Origin: Bacteroidota bacterium
GTDB lineage: Bacteria; Bacteroidota; Bacteroidia; NS11-12g; UBA955
Length of the DNA: 64,000 bases
NCBI GenBank assembly: GCA_041192805.1
Contig: JBEEMF010000086.1
Span: 128,291 to 192,290, forward strand
Direction of reading: 5' to 3'
The translations under genes were made by a program, and so were the position numbers. Below are positions 36,091 to 47,066 of the stretch, in pieces. Within the stretch, counting starts at the first letter, position 1. Every line of letters starts with the position of its first letter. The notes beneath the pieces are model-generated. The model saw only the letters and a list, made by a program, of their open reading frames with translations, searched no databases and had not been told where the DNA came from.

Positions 36091-38580
36091 TTATTCTTTC
36101 CCTGTTTCCGACTTTTCCTTCAACACACCAAACACATCGATAGGATCTTTCACCTTTTTGTCGGTGAGGGCCAAATCTAAGACTTGCAGCATATTATTGA
36201 CATAATGAAATTCTAAACCATGCAAATATTGGGCAGGGATATCGAGGACATCCTTCTTATTTTGCTCACAAAGGATCACTTGCGTAATTCCAGCTCGTTT
36301 GGCTGCCAAGAGTTTCTCTTTAATTCCGCCCACTGGCAACACTTTGCCCCGCAGGGTGATTTCTCCTGTCATCGCCAACTTATTCTTCACCTTATTCTGT
36401 GTAAACAACGAAGCGAGTGATGTCAAAATCGCTATACCCGCACTCGGTCCATCCTTAGGTATTGCACCGGCAGGAAAATGGACGTGTATATCCCAGTAAT
36501 CGAAGACTTTTGAATCAATTCCAAGGTATTCCGCATGGGCTTTGAGGTAACTTTTCGCTAGCATCACACTCTCTTTCATCACATCGCCGAGCTGACCGGT
36601 AATTTGTAGTAAGCCTTTTCCGCGTGAGAGTTTGCTTTCCACAAAAAGGACAGAACCACCCATCGGACTCCAAGCTAAACCAGAAACCACACCTGCGGTA
36701 TCATTGTTCTCGTACATTTCAGGCTCCAATTTCTCAGCACCCAAAATCTCTTCCACTTCAGATACGCCAATTTGCTTTTTGATCGGTTCCTCCATCGCAA
36801 TGGATTTAGCCATAAAACGCGCCAACGCAGCAATTCTCTTATCCAACGAGCGAACACCACTTTCTCGGGTGTATTGTTCGATGATCAACTCCAAAGCCTT
36901 GTCGGTCACCTTAAATTGATTGGCCTTCAGCCCATGTGCTTTTCGCTGCTTAGAAACCAAATATTTCTTGGCAATTTCGATTTTCTCTTCGATGCTATAC
37001 CCATGAATTTCAATAATTTCCATACGATCCAACAACGCAGGCTGAATGGTATCTAAATTATTGGCAGTGGCCACAAACAGCACCTTACTTAAGTCGTAAT
37101 CTAACTCCAAGTAATTGTCGTAAAAAGCAGAATTCTGCTCAGGATCAAGCACCTCCAACATCGCGCTGGATGGATCGCCTCTAAAATCCCGGCCCAATTT
37201 ATCTATTTCATCCAACACAAAAACGGGATTGGATGTGCCTGATTTTTTTAGATTTTGCAAAATCCTACCTGGCATAGCACCAATATAGGTTTTACGATGA
37301 CCTCTAATTTCTGACTCATCGTGCAAACCGCCCAAACTCATCCTCACATATTTGCGTCCCAAAGCGCTAGCAATACTTTTACCCAAGCTGGTTTTTCCAA
37401 CACCCGGAGGGCCGTACAAACAAATGATGGGAGATCTCATATCGCCTTTGAGTTTCAAAACAGCCAAATATTCTAATATCCGCTTTTTCACTTTCTCCAA
37501 TCCAAAGTGGTCCGCATCAAATACTTTTTGGGCGTGGTGAATATCAAAATTGTCGCTTGTCTGCTGATCCCATGGCAAGTCCAACATCAGTTGTACATAA
37601 TTGAGTCCAACGGAATAATCAGGAGAGGCTGGATTTACGCGCATCAAACGATCTAATTCCTTATTGAAATGACTATGGATGTCTTTATTCCACTTTTTAG
37701 TCATCCCTTTCTCACGCAAATTTTGAATTTCCTTATCTGGTGTATCACCACCCAATTCTTCTTGAATCGCTCTGATTTGTTGATGCAAAAAATACTCTTT
37801 CTGCTGCTTGTCCATGTCTGTGCGGACACGACTCTGAATTTGATCCTTCAATTCCAACATCTGCAACTCTTGGGTCACGTGCGACAGTACTTTGGTAGCG
37901 CGCAATGATGGATCCAACATTTCCAATAACGCCTGCTTTTCAGTTTGAGCGATGTTTAAATTGCTGGAGACAAAATGTATAAGAAAGGTGCGAGAATCAA
38001 TATTACTTAGCGCAATGGAAGCTTCGCTAGGGATTTGTGGTGAAAGATGGATAATCCGATTTGATAGATCGCGGATAGAATCGATGGTTGCTTTGTATTC
38101 TTTCGATTCTTTAATCTGCAAATCTGGCAGAGAACTCACTTTTGCTTTGAAATAGGGTTCACTTTGAACAAACTCATCGATTTTAATTCGACGTTTTCCT
38201 TGCAAAATCACAGTAGAACTGCCATCGGGCATACGCATCATTCGAATGATCTGAGCCATCGTACCTACAGTAAATAGGTCATCGATTTGAGGATCTTCAA
38301 CATCTGAATTCTTTTGAGCCACAACGGCAATGATTTTACTCTTTTTATTGGCTTCGCGAATCAACTTAATGCTTTTATCACGCCCAACTGTTATGGGGAA
38401 AATCACCCCTGGGTAAAGTACAGTATTTCTCATCGTGAGCACCGGCAATTCGGCAGGTACCTCTAATTTATTACTCTCCTCCTCCTCGTGCTTGGAAAAT
38501 AGTGGCAAAAACTCTGGTGCGTCTTCAAATCCCTCTGAATCCTGATCACTGCTAAAAAAAGTCTCTTTGTTTTTGAACAT
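36091..38580 (-). CDS. lon: ATP-dependent Lon protease (endopeptidase La)
   Basis: ORF 36091..38610 (TTG), with the ATG at 38580 preferred. Walker A GPPGVGKTS, Walker B VFVLDEIDK, and the protease motif PKDGPSAGIA with catalytic Ser. Confidence 0.95.
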   Translation of the reverse strand: MFKNKETFFSSDQDSEGFEDAPEFLPLFSKHEEEESNKLEVPAELPVLTMRNTVLYPGVIFPITVGRDKSIKLIREANKKSKIIAVVAQKNSDVEDPQIDDLFTVGTMAQIIRMMRMPDGSSTVILQGKRRIKIDEFVQSEPYFKAKVSSLPDLQIKESKEYKATIDSIRDLSNRIIHLSPQIPSEASIALSNIDSRTFLIHFVSSNLNIAQTEKQALLEMLDPSLRATKVLSHVTQELQMLELKDQIQSRVRTDMDKQQKEYFLHQQIRAIQEELGGDTPDKEIQNLREKGMTKKWNKDIHSHFNKELDRLMRVNPASPDYSVGLNYVQLMLDLPWDQQTSDNFDIHHAQKVFDADHFGLEKVKKRILEYLAVLKLKGDMRSPIICLYGPPGVGKTSLGKSIASALGRKYVRMSLGGLHDESEIRGHRKTYIGAMPGRILQNLKKSGTSNPVFVLDEIDKLGRDFRGDPSSAMLEVLDPEQNSAFYDNYLELDYDLSKVLFVATANNLDTIQPALLDRMEIIEIHGYSIEEKIEIAKKYLVSKQRKAHGLKANQFKVTDKALELIIEQYTRESGVRSLDKRIAALARFMAKSIAMEEPIKKQIGVSEVEEILGAEKLEPEMYENNDTAGVVSGLAWSPMGGSVLFVESKLSRGKGLLQITGQLGDVMKESVMLAKSYLKAHAEYLGIDSKVFDYWDIHVHFPAGAIPKDGPSAGIAILTSLASLFTQNKVKNKLAMTGEITLRGKVLPVGGIKEKLLAAKRAGITQVILCEQNKKDVLDIPAQYLHGLEFHYVNNMLQVLDLALTDKKVKDPIDVFGVLKEKSETGKE

Positions 38581-38739
38581 TGCAACTCCTTTAATCAATG
38601 CTTGTGCCAAATATTGGCATTGTCTGAAAATAAATCAAAAGATTAAAACCTATGACAATTTGTCGGGAATTGAAAATACATTAAAAACTGCTTGGAAAAT
38701 TGCGATTTTTCTTGAAATTTGCGTAACAAACAAAAAAAT

Positions 38740-39591
38740 ATGAAAATCAAACATCTACTTTTAGCCCTTGCTCTGCCCGTTGTTGCCTTCTTTGGCTCAT
38801 GCGGTGGCGATAGCAAAGATCCAAAACCTAGTATTTCTTTAACCGCAGGTGCAAAATATGTAAGCGGTGACATCTCTGTAATGAGCGATTCATTGTTGTC
38901 TTTCAGCATTGCTGCAACTTCTGGTTCAGGCAACTTGTCTGGTATTAACGCCAATTATTCTGTTAATGGCGCGGCAACAAAATCTTTCTTCGATTCTGCT
39001 GTAACAGGAAACGCTGTGAATTGTATCGTTAAAACTCGTTTGGCTGGTAGCGTAGACGATGTGGTTGTTTTCAACTTTACTGCAAAAGATGCCAACGGAC
39101 AATCTACCACTACTAGCATCAAGATTACTGTAATTCCTCCAACAGTGCCTCTTTTGGGTTTCCAATCACAGTTGATTTACAACACAAATAATACAGGATT
39201 TGAAGTTGCTTACGACTTAAACAAAGGCGTTGGATTACTAAAGGGTGCTTCGGCTACCCTAAAAGATTTGATGGATATGAGCACTAGTGCGATGGCTCAA
39301 TTCTCTAAAATCTGGGGCTCTGACAACAAAAGCAAATTCGTCAAAGTTACTTCAAATGACTTTACCAATGCCTCTACTACAACCTATTTATATAATATTT
39401 GGAAAGCAAACAGTGCCACGGCTACAGCGCAAACTGCAGTATTGGCCCTAGGAGATGTGTATTTGGTTAAGTCAGGTCAAGACCTCCCTTTCAACCTTTA
39501 CCTTATTAAAGTTACCAAAATCCAAGATATAGCGACGATTGGAAACCACAATGACTACATTGAATTCAGTTACAAGAAGATTGATGACTAA
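38740..39591 (+). CDS. hypothetical lipoprotein
   Basis: ORF 38719..39591. The ATG at 38740 gives the lipobox leader MKIKHLLLALALPVVAFFGSCGG. The body is Ser/Thr/Ala/Asn-rich and beta-like. No family recognised. Confidence 0.6.
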   Translation: MKIKHLLLALALPVVAFFGSCGGDSKDPKPSISLTAGAKYVSGDISVMSDSLLSFSIAATSGSGNLSGINANYSVNGAATKSFFDSAVTGNAVNCIVKTRLAGSVDDVVVFNFTAKDANGQSTTTSIKITVIPPTVPLLGFQSQLIYNTNNTGFEVAYDLNKGVGLLKGASATLKDLMDMSTSAMAQFSKIWGSDNKSKFVKVTSNDFTNASTTTYLYNIWKANSATATAQTAVLALGDVYLVKSGQDLPFNLYLIKVTKIQDIATIGNHNDYIEFSYKKIDD

Positions 39592-39622
39592 TCAATAAAT
39601 AAACATTTAACTTTTGCAAAAA

Positions 39623-39644
39623 CCCCGCATTCGCGGGGTTTTTT
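39623..39644 (+). terminator. rho-independent terminator
   Basis: CCCCGC-ATTC-GCGGGG hairpin at 39623-39638, followed by TTTTTT at 39639-39644. Confidence 0.75.
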
Positions 39645-39684
39645 GTTAATAATCGCAACGAAATTTTGTCGTATTTTGTAAATC

Positions 39685-40653
39685 GTGAAAAAGATAGCAG
39701 TCCTCACATCCGGCGGCGATGCCCCAGGCATGAATGCATGTATCCGCTCTGTCATTCGGGCCTGTGCCCATTATAATGTGGAAGTATTCGGAATCCACAG
39801 AGGTTACCAAGGGTTGATTGAAAATGAAATCCACCCAATGACAAGTAGCAGTGTGGCCAACATCATTCAAATGGGTGGGACGATTTTAAAAACAGCCAGA
39901 AGCATGGACTTTATGAACCCCGAAGGGCGCAAAAAAGCCCATCAGAATTTATTAAATCTGGGCATTGAAGGCATCGTTTGTATTGGCGGAAATGGAACTT
40001 ATACCGGAGCCATGATTTTTGAAAAGGAATTTGGCATTCCTAGCATGGGCTGTCCCGGCACAATCGACAATGATCTTTGGGGAACAGATGCCACCATTGG
40101 TTACGATACTGCAATCAATACAGCCATGGAAGCCATCGACAAAATTAGAGACACCGCCGATGCACACAACAGAATCTTCTTTGTGGAAGTGATGGGTCGG
40201 CATTCAGGACATATCGCTCTCCTATCTGGTATTGCAGGTGGAGCAGAAGGTATATTCATCCCTGAACGCGGAAACGAATTTGACGATATCGTGCATTTGT
40301 ATGAATCCAAAGCCCGTAAAAAGGAATTTAGCATCTTTGTGGTCGCCGAAGGTGATGAAGAAGGCCGCGCCTACGAAATTTCTAAAAGATTCCAAGCTAT
40401 CTATCCCGAAACCGATTGTAGAGTAACCGTTTTAGGACACGTGCAACGCGGTGGAAGGCCTACCGCAAACGACAGGATACTCGCATCTCGATTGGGAGCA
40501 CATGCAGTAAAAGCACTGATCGATGGACGCAAAAATGAAGCTGTGGGTGTTGTCAATAACGATATCAAATTCACATCATTCCAAGAAGCAATCGAACATA
40601 AAAAGGACATTCAAGACAACTTGTGGATCCTAAACACAATCATTACCCGATAA
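39685..40653 (+). CDS. pfkA: ATP-dependent 6-phosphofructokinase
   Basis: 322 aa with a GTG start. Motifs KIAVLTSGGDAPGMNA, IGGNGTY, PGTIDND, MGR.SG and GH.QRGG. Confidence 0.92.
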   Translation: MKKIAVLTSGGDAPGMNACIRSVIRACAHYNVEVFGIHRGYQGLIENEIHPMTSSSVANIIQMGGTILKTARSMDFMNPEGRKKAHQNLLNLGIEGIVCIGGNGTYTGAMIFEKEFGIPSMGCPGTIDNDLWGTDATIGYDTAINTAMEAIDKIRDTADAHNRIFFVEVMGRHSGHIALLSGIAGGAEGIFIPERGNEFDDIVHLYESKARKKEFSIFVVAEGDEEGRAYEISKRFQAIYPETDCRVTVLGHVQRGGRPTANDRILASRLGAHAVKALIDGRKNEAVGVVNNDIKFTSFQEAIEHKKDIQDNLWILNTIITR

Positions 40654-40675
40654 TCACATCAACCCAATATAAATT

Positions 40676-42334
40676 ATGATTACTCACCTGAATATCAAGA
40701 ATTACGCGCTAATCAAAGACCTTGATATTGAATTTCAAGAGGGTTTTACGTCAATTACCGGTGAAACAGGTGCTGGAAAAAGTATTTTATTGGGTGCCAT
40801 TGGATTAATCATGGGCGAACGCGGTGATAGTTCCGCAATTCTCGACCCGTCGCAGAAATGTATTTTAGAGGCTTCTTTTGACCTGTCGAGGCTAAACTTG
40901 AAAACATCTTTCGAAGAAAGCGACATCGACTTCAACAATCATTGCACGATAAGAAGAGAATGGAGCCCCAATGGGAAAACCCGTTCTTTTATCAACGAAT
41001 CGCAAGTCACAGTTTCAGAATTGAAATGGCTTGGTCAACAATTACTTGAAATACATTCTCAACATACAGGACTGCTGGTTACCCAATCCAATGAACAGCT
41101 AAAACTGCTCGATGCGTTTTGTGATTGCACAGAGTTGTTGGCCGACTATCAGCATACCTACTATGAGCATCAAAAAGTAGCCCTCGCATTAAAAACAGCA
41201 TTAGAACAACTCTCGAAAATCACGCAGGACACCGAATACAATGGTTTTTTGCGAAAAGAACTAGAAGATTTCAACCCCAAAGCAGGTGAAGAAATCGAGT
41301 TGGAAAGTGATATCGCCTTGCTTAGTCAGGCTACGGATTTGGAAGAAATGTTCGGCAAAATCGACATGGCGATGGATGGTTCTGAAAATTCGATTGTCGA
41401 CCAACTTAACGCAGTGAAGTCGGAAATGAAGGGATTCTCAAGCATCAACCCGCAATTGGGAGGCATTTATGAACGATTTGTGTCGCTCGCGGTAGACGCA
41501 AAGGAACTCGCAAGGGACCTCAGAGTAATCGCCCAAGGCATCGAAAGCAACCCTGAAAAACTGCAATATGCCAACGACCGATATACTCAATTGCAATCAT
41601 TATTTCGAAAGCATAATGTCGATTCATCCCAAGCCCTGCTAGAGAAATTGACTTCCTTGCAAAGCGAGCAAGCGGGAGAAACTGTCCTCCAAGAGAAAAT
41701 CGCCGAATTACAAGAGAGCGCACTCAGACTACAATCGGATAGACAAATCAAAGCCAATTCACTGCATAAAAAGCGATTGAGTGGCCTAGAAAGTTTGTGT
41801 TCGCAAGTGGTGGATCAATTGGTGCAACTGGAAATGCCATTTGCTCAGATGCAAATTCATATAACCCAGACTGAATCGAGCTTTAATGAATCCGGAAACA
41901 CGCAAATTTCGATGCTTTTCTGCGCCAACAAAGGTCAATCCCCGATGCCCATAGAGAAAGTAGCGTCGGGTGGTGAAATTTCTCGACTCAATTTCTGCCT
42001 CAGAACGTTGATTGCCGACCTCAAGCAACTCCCCACCCTTATTTACGATGAAGCAGATACGGGCGTTAGCGGAGAGGTTGCCAACCGACTTGGTTATTTG
42101 ATGCGCACTCAGGGGAAAAAACAACAAATTTTAGCCATCACTCACCTACCGCAAGTCGCCGCAGCGGGAAATCAACAGTTATTTGTCTACAAGGACAACC
42201 AAGCGGCCATCAGTGAGACCAAAATCAGACCGCTAGATACAGACGGTAGAATTTTGGCTTTGGCTGAAATGCTAAGTGGCAAGAACCCAAGCGAGGCAGC
42301 AAAATTGAATGCCCGTGATTTGCTAAATATCTAA
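40676..42334 (+). CDS. recN: DNA repair protein RecN
   Basis: 552 aa. N-terminal Walker A ITGETGAGKSIL, a long central coiled coil, and a C-terminal SGGE signature with Walker B LIYDEADTGVSG. Confidence 0.9.
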   Translation: MITHLNIKNYALIKDLDIEFQEGFTSITGETGAGKSILLGAIGLIMGERGDSSAILDPSQKCILEASFDLSRLNLKTSFEESDIDFNNHCTIRREWSPNGKTRSFINESQVTVSELKWLGQQLLEIHSQHTGLLVTQSNEQLKLLDAFCDCTELLADYQHTYYEHQKVALALKTALEQLSKITQDTEYNGFLRKELEDFNPKAGEEIELESDIALLSQATDLEEMFGKIDMAMDGSENSIVDQLNAVKSEMKGFSSINPQLGGIYERFVSLAVDAKELARDLRVIAQGIESNPEKLQYANDRYTQLQSLFRKHNVDSSQALLEKLTSLQSEQAGETVLQEKIAELQESALRLQSDRQIKANSLHKKRLSGLESLCSQVVDQLVQLEMPFAQMQIHITQTESSFNESGNTQISMLFCANKGQSPMPIEKVASGGEISRLNFCLRTLIADLKQLPTLIYDEADTGVSGEVANRLGYLMRTQGKKQQILAITHLPQVAAAGNQQLFVYKDNQAAISETKIRPLDTDGRILALAEMLSGKNPSEAAKLNARDLLNI

Positions 42335-42817
42335 ACCTAAGCCTTTTTCTTGGTCGGATTCATATTTCTCGTAGTTGACATCCACATCAGTGGGACCCAA
42401 TTGAGCCGCTGTAGTTGCCAAAACATCGCATCGTTCATTTTCCTTGATACCTGCGTGACCCTTAACCCAATAAAACTTTGGCTTGTGTTGTTCGTACAGC
42501 GGCAAAAATGCCTGCCATAAATCAACATTTTTCACCTTCTTCCAACCCTTTGCTTTCCATCCAAACAACCATTTCTTTTCGATGGCATCGCAAACATATT
42601 TGCTATCGGTGTAGACTTGAATGGATAGTCCGGGCGACTTAATATGTTTTAGGGCCATGATCACGGCCAATAATTCCATGCGATTATTGGTGGTTCTGCG
42701 AAAACCGCCCGACAGTTCTTTTCGGTATTGGGCATGCATTAACACTGCGCCATATCCACCGGGTCCGGGATTTCCCAAAGCCGCGCCATCTGTATAAATG
42801 ATTATTGGCAACTCCAC
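42323..42817 (-). CDS. rnhA: ribonuclease HI
   Basis: 164 aa with a GTG start. Motifs IYTDGA.LGNPGPGGYG, TNNRMEL, YTDS.Y, W.KVKGHAG...NE.CD.LA. Its 3' end overlaps recN by 12 nt (convergent). Confidence 0.9.
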   Translation of the reverse strand: MELPIIIYTDGAALGNPGPGGYGAVLMHAQYRKELSGGFRRTTNNRMELLAVIMALKHIKSPGLSIQVYTDSKYVCDAIEKKWLFGWKAKGWKKVKNVDLWQAFLPLYEQHKPKFYWVKGHAGIKENERCDVLATTAAQLGPTDVDVNYEKYESDQEKGLGLDI

Positions 42818-42821
42818 ACAA

Positions 42822-42829
42822 CAAAGTTA
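42822..42829 (-). promoter_or_regulatory. candidate -7 box (TAACTTTG on minus strand)
   Basis: Exact TAnnTTTG match, 4 nt upstream of the rnhA GTG (42817). Confidence 0.3.
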
Positions 42830-42840
42830 AGTCGGTCGCG

Positions 42841-42848
42841 TATTTTTG
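42841..42848 (+). promoter_or_regulatory. candidate -7 box (TATTTTTG)
   Basis: Exact TAnnTTTG match, 4 nt upstream of the cinA ATG (42853). It lies back-to-back with the rnhA box. Confidence 0.3.
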
Positions 42849-42852
42849 CACC

Positions 42853-44091
42853 ATGGAGGCAGAAATTATTACCATCGGCGATGAACTATTAATCGGTCAG
42901 ACCGTGGATACCAACAGCGCATATCTTGGTCAAAAACTGGGCAGCATTGGTATTTCAGTTTCCCGAAAAACGGCCATTAGCGACAATGAATCTGCTATTT
43001 TACAAGCCATTGAAGAATCACAATCTCGTTGTGATATTCTGATTATTACGGGTGGCTTGGGGCCCACCAAGGACGATATTACTAAAAAAACACTCTGTAA
43101 ATACTTCAATTGCGGCATTCGAAGAGACGATTCCGTGATCGAACATTTGGAGAAAATTTTTGCTCAACGCGGCCGGCAACTTTTAGACACCAATTTGGTT
43201 CAAGCCGATTTACCAGAAGCCTGCGTAACCCTCCATAACGCCGTGGGAACTGCCCCGGGGATGTGGTTTCAGCAAAATAATAAAATTCTTATCTCATTGC
43301 CAGGGGTTCCGGTGGAAGTATATCATTTGATTGAAGAACGGGTATTGCCCAAATTGCGGGAAACGCTTGAATTGCCGATTGTAGAACATCGAACATTGGT
43401 GACATTGCAAAAAGCGGAGAGCCTGCTATCCAAAGACTTGGAAGAATTCGAAAAGACACTGCCAAAATCGTTGAGCCTCGCCTATCTACCCAACTTCAAT
43501 ATGGTCAAATTGCGACTTTCGCAAAAAGCCAATAACACGGCGGAACTCATCATCGATGAATATTTCGAAAAACTAATAGCAACGATTCACCACGATGTCT
43601 TTTGTTTGGGCGACAAAGATCCAGCAACACATCTATCAGAGTATTTGATAAAAGCAGGCATCACCTTCACCACGGCGGAAAGTTGCACCGGTGGTTTCAT
43701 TGCCAACCGATTAATGCAAACACCAGGCATCTCCTCTGTTTTCCCAGGCAGTATCGTCTGCTATTCTAACGATGTCAAAATTTCCGAACTGGGCGTCGAC
43801 CAGGCCATTATCGAAGAATTTGGCGCCGTCAGCGAACCCTGTGCACTGGCCATGGCAAACGGCGTTCGTGCCAAATTCAATACACAACTAGCCATAGTAA
43901 CAACAGGCATCGCCGGACCCGATGGTGGAAGTAAAGAAAAACCCGTTGGCCTAGTTTATATCGCAGTGAGCACAGAAACCCATTCCATTTGCAAGAAATT
44001 TAGGCTCTTTGGGAACCGCGAACAAATCATTCAAAGAAGCAGTAATGCTGCCATTTGGATGGTGAAGCAAGTGTTAACAATTCCCTTATAA
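42853..44091 (+). CDS. cinA: competence/damage-inducible protein CinA (MoCF-binding domain + nicotinamide-nucleotide amidohydrolase PncC domain)
   Basis: ORF 42805..44091. The ATG at 42853 gives the canonical [20 protein letters not shown] start. GGLGPT.DD is present, and the C-terminal domain carries TAESCTGG. Confidence 0.88.
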   Translation: MEAEIITIGDELLIGQTVDTNSAYLGQKLGSIGISVSRKTAISDNESAILQAIEESQSRCDILIITGGLGPTKDDITKKTLCKYFNCGIRRDDSVIEHLEKIFAQRGRQLLDTNLVQADLPEACVTLHNAVGTAPGMWFQQNNKILISLPGVPVEVYHLIEERVLPKLRETLELPIVEHRTLVTLQKAESLLSKDLEEFEKTLPKSLSLAYLPNFNMVKLRLSQKANNTAELIIDEYFEKLIATIHHDVFCLGDKDPATHLSEYLIKAGITFTTAESCTGGFIANRLMQTPGISSVFPGSIVCYSNDVKISELGVDQAIIEEFGAVSEPCALAMANGVRAKFNTQLAIVTTGIAGPDGGSKEKPVGLVYIAVSTETHSICKKFRLFGNREQIIQRSSNAAIWMVKQVLTIPL

Positions 44092-44141
44092 ACATTAGCC
44101 CAAATCACTCGGTTTGGATGGCAGACTCGGGGAAATTTCAG

Positions 44142-44149
44142 TACCTTTG
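44142..44149 (+). promoter_or_regulatory. candidate -7 box (TACCTTTG)
   Basis: Exact TAnnTTTG match, 10 nt upstream of the guaA ATG (44160). Confidence 0.4.
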
Positions 44150-44159
44150 TGGAAGATTC

Positions 44160-45692
44160 ATGACTGAAAAAATCCTCATTCTCGACTTTGGTTCTCAGTA
44201 TACCCAATTGATTGCGCGCAGGCTGCGTGAATTGTTCGTTTATTGCGAAATCCACCCCTATAATCATATCCCAGAATTGACGTCCGGCATCAAAGGAATC
44301 ATTCTTTCTGGAAGTCCATGTTCGGTAAATGAAACCGATGCACCCATGGTTGATTTGGAAACCTTAATAGCCCACGGACCCTTGCTAGGTGTTTGTTACG
44401 GTGCACAAATGTTGGCCAAAGAATTTGGCGGCGTGGTATCTCGCAGTGATCACAGGGAATACGGCAGAGCCATGATGCAAAGAAGCGGCAATGAAAATGT
44501 CCTACTCACAGGTTTAAGCAACGAATCCCAGGTTTGGATGAGTCATGGTGATACAATCACCGCGCTACCCAACAATGCGAGAGTAATCGCCACCACCGAA
44601 TCAATTCCAGTGGCAGCTTTTGAATTGGACAGCGCCAATCCAGTTTTTGGTATTCAGTTCCACCCCGAAGTGTATCACAGCACAGAAGGATTGGCCCTAC
44701 TAAAGAATTTCGCATACTCCATTTGCGGTTGTGCCGGCGATTGGACTCCGGGTCATTTCATCGATGAAACCGTTGCTAATATTCGACAGACCGTTGGAAC
44801 CGACCAGGTAATCCTTGGTTTATCGGGCGGTGTTGATAGCTCTGTCGCTGCGTTATTACTCCACAAAGCCATCGGAAAGCAACTACATTGCATATTTATC
44901 GATAACGGATTGTTGCGCAAAAACGAGTTCGCATTGGTTCAGGACGCCTATGAGCAATTGGATTTAAATGTGATTGCAGTTGATTCATCACAGCAGTTTT
45001 ACGATGCGTTGAAGGGTCTAACCGATCCTGAGGACAAGAGAAAAGCCATCGGACGTGTATTTGTAGAGGTTTTCCAAGAAGAGAGTCTCAAAATCAAAGA
45101 TGCCAAATGGCTTGCACAAGGAACCATTTATCCTGATGTCATTGAAAGTGTAAGTGTTAAAGGCCCTAGCGCGACCATCAAAAGTCACCACAACGTTGGT
45201 GGATTGCCCGAAAAAATGAGTTTGAAAATCATCGAGCCCCTACGCAGCCTTTTCAAAGACGAAGTACGCAGAGTGGGCGATACGATGGGTTTGCCGCATG
45301 AGATCTTACACCGACATCCATTCCCAGGACCTGGATTAGGCATTCGTATTTTGGGTGATATTACCGAAGCTAAAGTGAAATTATTGCAAGAAGCGGATTG
45401 GGTTTACATGGAAAAATTGCGCGAATATGGTTGGTATGAAAAAATCTGGCAAGCCGGTGCAATTCTATTGCCAATTCAAAGCGTTGGTGTAATGGGTGAT
45501 GAACGAACCTATGAGCAGGTTGTGGCCTTAAGGGCTGTAACAAGCACTGATGGCATGACCGCCGACTGGGTTCACATTCCCTACGATATCTTGGCCGACA
45601 TTAGCAATAGCATCATCAATCGAGTGAGAGGCATAAACAGAGTGGTCTATGATATCAGTTCTAAACCGCCAGCAACCATTGAATGGGAATAA
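44160..45692 (+). CDS. guaA: glutamine-hydrolysing GMP synthase
   Basis: ORF 44055..45692. The ATG at 44160 gives [17 protein letters not shown]. Motifs GVCYG.Q (GATase Cys), the ATP-PPase motif [10 protein letters not shown], and the C-terminal PPATIEWE. Confidence 0.95.
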   Translation: MTEKILILDFGSQYTQLIARRLRELFVYCEIHPYNHIPELTSGIKGIILSGSPCSVNETDAPMVDLETLIAHGPLLGVCYGAQMLAKEFGGVVSRSDHREYGRAMMQRSGNENVLLTGLSNESQVWMSHGDTITALPNNARVIATTESIPVAAFELDSANPVFGIQFHPEVYHSTEGLALLKNFAYSICGCAGDWTPGHFIDETVANIRQTVGTDQVILGLSGGVDSSVAALLLHKAIGKQLHCIFIDNGLLRKNEFALVQDAYEQLDLNVIAVDSSQQFYDALKGLTDPEDKRKAIGRVFVEVFQEESLKIKDAKWLAQGTIYPDVIESVSVKGPSATIKSHHNVGGLPEKMSLKIIEPLRSLFKDEVRRVGDTMGLPHEILHRHPFPGPGLGIRILGDITEAKVKLLQEADWVYMEKLREYGWYEKIWQAGAILLPIQSVGVMGDERTYEQVVALRAVTSTDGMTADWVHIPYDILADISNSIINRVRGINRVVYDISSKPPATIEWE

Positions 45693-45715
45693 TTGATTAA
45701 CTAACACTAAAATCG

Positions 45716-47005
45716 ATGCATCGCAAAATAGCTCTTTTGACATCAATCAGCGAAACCAAGGCGAAAACTCTGTGTTTCTGTATCTGTTTGATGTTAGCTC
45801 ATTCGCTGCTGCAATCCCAAGACTCAAGCAAAGGTATTCCCATTGAAGGTGTAAATCCCATTCAAACCCAAGGCCCATTAAGAATTGGCATCGCACTACC
45901 CTTTCATGCCAGCGGTGTGAAACAAAATGCCCTAAGCGATGCGATGCTCGATTACTACCTGGGTCTAAAACTTGCATTTCAAGAATTAGAGGCCGATGGA
46001 TTCAAAGCCAATGTCAGTGTTTTTGATACAGAGCCCACCGATAGCGTCCCTTTGAATCAGTTGGCGATTAGGTCGATTGCTGCCAATAAAAACTTCATCG
46101 ACAATAACATCATTATTGGACCGGTATATGAACAGAATTTCAAGGATTTGATTTCTTCTCCTTCCGGAAGTTGGGTCAACTCGGCGAGCAACAAACCAAA
46201 TCTAGCCTCGGTATCGGCGAATAACACAGCGACAGAGATTGTCGCTAGTAGTCCGCAATTATGGATTTCACCGCTCACTTATATCAAACCAAAATCGCAA
46301 AAAGGGTTAACTACGGGGCCGTTTCCGAATATCAATTTTTTCATCAACGATACGCTGCGATATAAATCTGTAGCGAAAAATGTCGTTCGCATGTTCCCAA
46401 AGCATCGCATTTGTTTAATCATAGACGCTGGTAAATCGAGCAAGCCAAAGGCATTGATTTATAAGGCTTCAATGTCGAAATCCACCACCAAATTGATTTC
46501 AATTCACACGATGAAAGATGGTGTATTAACGCCGGCTCTGCCAAAACGAGACAGCTTATTGTTGGTAGCCTGTACTGATGATATCGCGGTGAGAACACCC
46601 CTAGAAAAACTCCTAGAAAAACGTCGGCAATGCTGGTTGATCGCAGATTTAAGTTGGTTTGAGGACAAGCGATATTACAGTGGATTGAACGATGAAATCT
46701 GTATTTATCCCACGGTTAACTTTACGGATTTTCATGACACGGCGACGTTACATTTCTCCAAAAAATTCTTTGCAACCTACGGGAGTGAGCCAAGTCGTTT
46801 CGCCTTCATTGGATACGACCAGGGTGCATATGTGGGTTTAAGTGCGATGGCTTTTGGTCCCAATTTCGTTTCTTCTTTGCCCGATGCTACTTATGAAGGG
46901 TTAATCAATTCGATACACATTCGCGGTGGTGGATCAGCTCCCTATAACGACGGCATTCGATTTGTTGTGATATACGAAGACACCCCACACCTATTCAATC
47001 AATAA
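45716..47005 (+). CDS. hypothetical secreted protein, possibly periplasmic-binding-protein type 1-like
   Basis: 429 aa with an N-terminal hydrophobic leader. The segment LRIGIALPF......DYYLG.KLA...L...G....V.VFDTE resembles LivJ-type PBP1 folds. The assignment is weak. Confidence 0.4.
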   Translation: MHRKIALLTSISETKAKTLCFCICLMLAHSLLQSQDSSKGIPIEGVNPIQTQGPLRIGIALPFHASGVKQNALSDAMLDYYLGLKLAFQELEADGFKANVSVFDTEPTDSVPLNQLAIRSIAANKNFIDNNIIIGPVYEQNFKDLISSPSGSWVNSASNKPNLASVSANNTATEIVASSPQLWISPLTYIKPKSQKGLTTGPFPNINFFINDTLRYKSVAKNVVRMFPKHRICLIIDAGKSSKPKALIYKASMSKSTTKLISIHTMKDGVLTPALPKRDSLLLVACTDDIAVRTPLEKLLEKRRQCWLIADLSWFEDKRYYSGLNDEICIYPTVNFTDFHDTATLHFSKKFFATYGSEPSRFAFIGYDQGAYVGLSAMAFGPNFVSSLPDATYEGLINSIHIRGGGSAPYNDGIRFVVIYEDTPHLFNQ

Positions 47006-47066
47006 TGCTCTACCGGCTTTTTGTTCAATTCACAGAAACGGCCGGGAAATTACTTACACAAACAAA

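Noticed and set aside
38595-38609. Sigma-54-like element upstream of lon (the minus strand reads TGGCAC-AAGCA-TTGA).
   Set aside because: The -24 half is perfect, but the essential -12 GC is replaced by GA. The element also ends only about 14 nt from the lon ATG, leaving no sensible TSS or leader. It is probably a chance match.
38643-38954. A 103-aa minus-strand ORF spanning the lon/lipoprotein divergent spacer.
   Set aside because: It overlaps the well-formed lipoprotein signal peptide on the opposite strand and has no motifs or promoter box. It is a shadow ORF.
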